From contig NC_091476.1 in NCBI RefSeq assembly GCF_036971445.1, forward strand, positions 148,676,001 through 148,740,000: DNA of 64,000 nt, written 5' to 3'. A program made the translations under genes and the position numbers. Positions 63,054 to 64,000 of this stretch are shown piece by piece. Each line of letters starts with the position of its first letter. Positions within the stretch are counted from its first letter, which is position 1. The DNA is from Narcine bancroftii (taxonomy: Eukaryota). Below the pieces are notes generated by a model. It did no database searches. It saw only the letters and a program-made list of their open reading frames with translations, and was not told the origin of the DNA.

Positions 63054-64000
63054 ATACCCAGTAGTCTTCCCATTTATACAGAGAGAAAATACACTGGATA
63101 TTTTCATACGGCCACTAAGACCCTAAGATTATTGGTTCAATCATTTAAAAAAAAACTTTATTTAAATGATTTTTAATCAACATACAGTCAGACATAACAA
63201 AAAGAAATCAATTTTTATATAAAAAAATAACCCTCCCCACCCTCCCACCCCCTCAGCCAGCCCCCTTAAGGGGAGCCAAAAATAAAAGTAAAACATAAAG
63301 CATATACAATATTTCAAAATATTTCCAAATTCATATATTCCAAATAAGGAGACCACATTTTAACAAAAAAAATAATTATCATGCAAATTTCATGTAATTT
63401 TTTTCCATAATAATACAAGCTCTCGATTCATTAGGCCAACGTACTATATTAACCTCCACATTTTCTTTCCAAGTACTAGCTACACATTTTCGTGCTACAG
63501 ATCAGGTTCAATCATATTCAATGCTGAAATTTCCACATGGGTTTCATAGAGGATTGTCAAATGCAGCTCTGTTGTTCCCGAGTTATGTAGAAGGAGAAAC
63601 ATTCTTTTTCTCAACCATCATTCACTGCTTTAGTTGAAAAATGTGTTTATGCCTCAGGTGAAGAACAAGGAACTGGACACTAACTTTCTATGATTCTGTG
63701 ATTCACTCTTAACGTCAAAACCAATGTTATTTCATTAATACCATAGAACTACAGAACATTAATTAGATAATATTCAGTATTGTGATAAAACTAGTCTAAT
63801 ATATTTTAAAGATATAACTGTAGTTGTAATTATTAGATACATTTGCATTACAATTTATTAATCAGACAATATCCAGTATTATAAAACTAGTCTATCTCTT
63901 TCCTTTTGTTTTCTTTCATTTCTTATTCTTTTTCTTTTTCATTTCTTTTCTTTTTTTCTTCTTAGGGGTTTTTCTGTGTGGGAGGGAATGGGTGGGGGGG

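Overview
Vertebrate genomic DNA, most likely a cartilaginous fish. That is inferred from the repeat content: V-SINE/HE1-type SINEs plus CR1, Penelope, RTE and Rex1 retroelements. Two complete spliced genes were reconstructed by hand on the minus strand. The first is matrilin-1 (MATN1): 8 coding exons, 30531->6229, 495 aa, signal-vWA-EGF-vWA-coiled coil, with a U12-type AT-AC last intron. The second, upstream and in the same orientation, is a LAPTM5-position gene: 7 coding exons, 55310->35180, 241 aa. It has a LAPTM4-like N-terminus, apparently only four TM segments (no sign of the duplicated exon of mammalian LAPTM5) and degenerate C-terminal PY motifs. The left end holds a CpG-rich promoter with a ZNF143/THAP11-type motif and an ATG-only first coding exon of an unidentified third gene. 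The rest is transposon-rich. It includes a young full-length but defective Ty3/Gypsy element (58313-63053), an old truncated Gypsy in MATN1 intron 2, solo LTRs, a decayed pogo transposon, hAT/Harbinger/Tigger-like MITEs, many LINE/SINE fragments, G/C-rich microsatellites and one 206-N gap. No prokaryote-type systems (CRISPR, operons) are present. Most short ORFs in the track are spurious.
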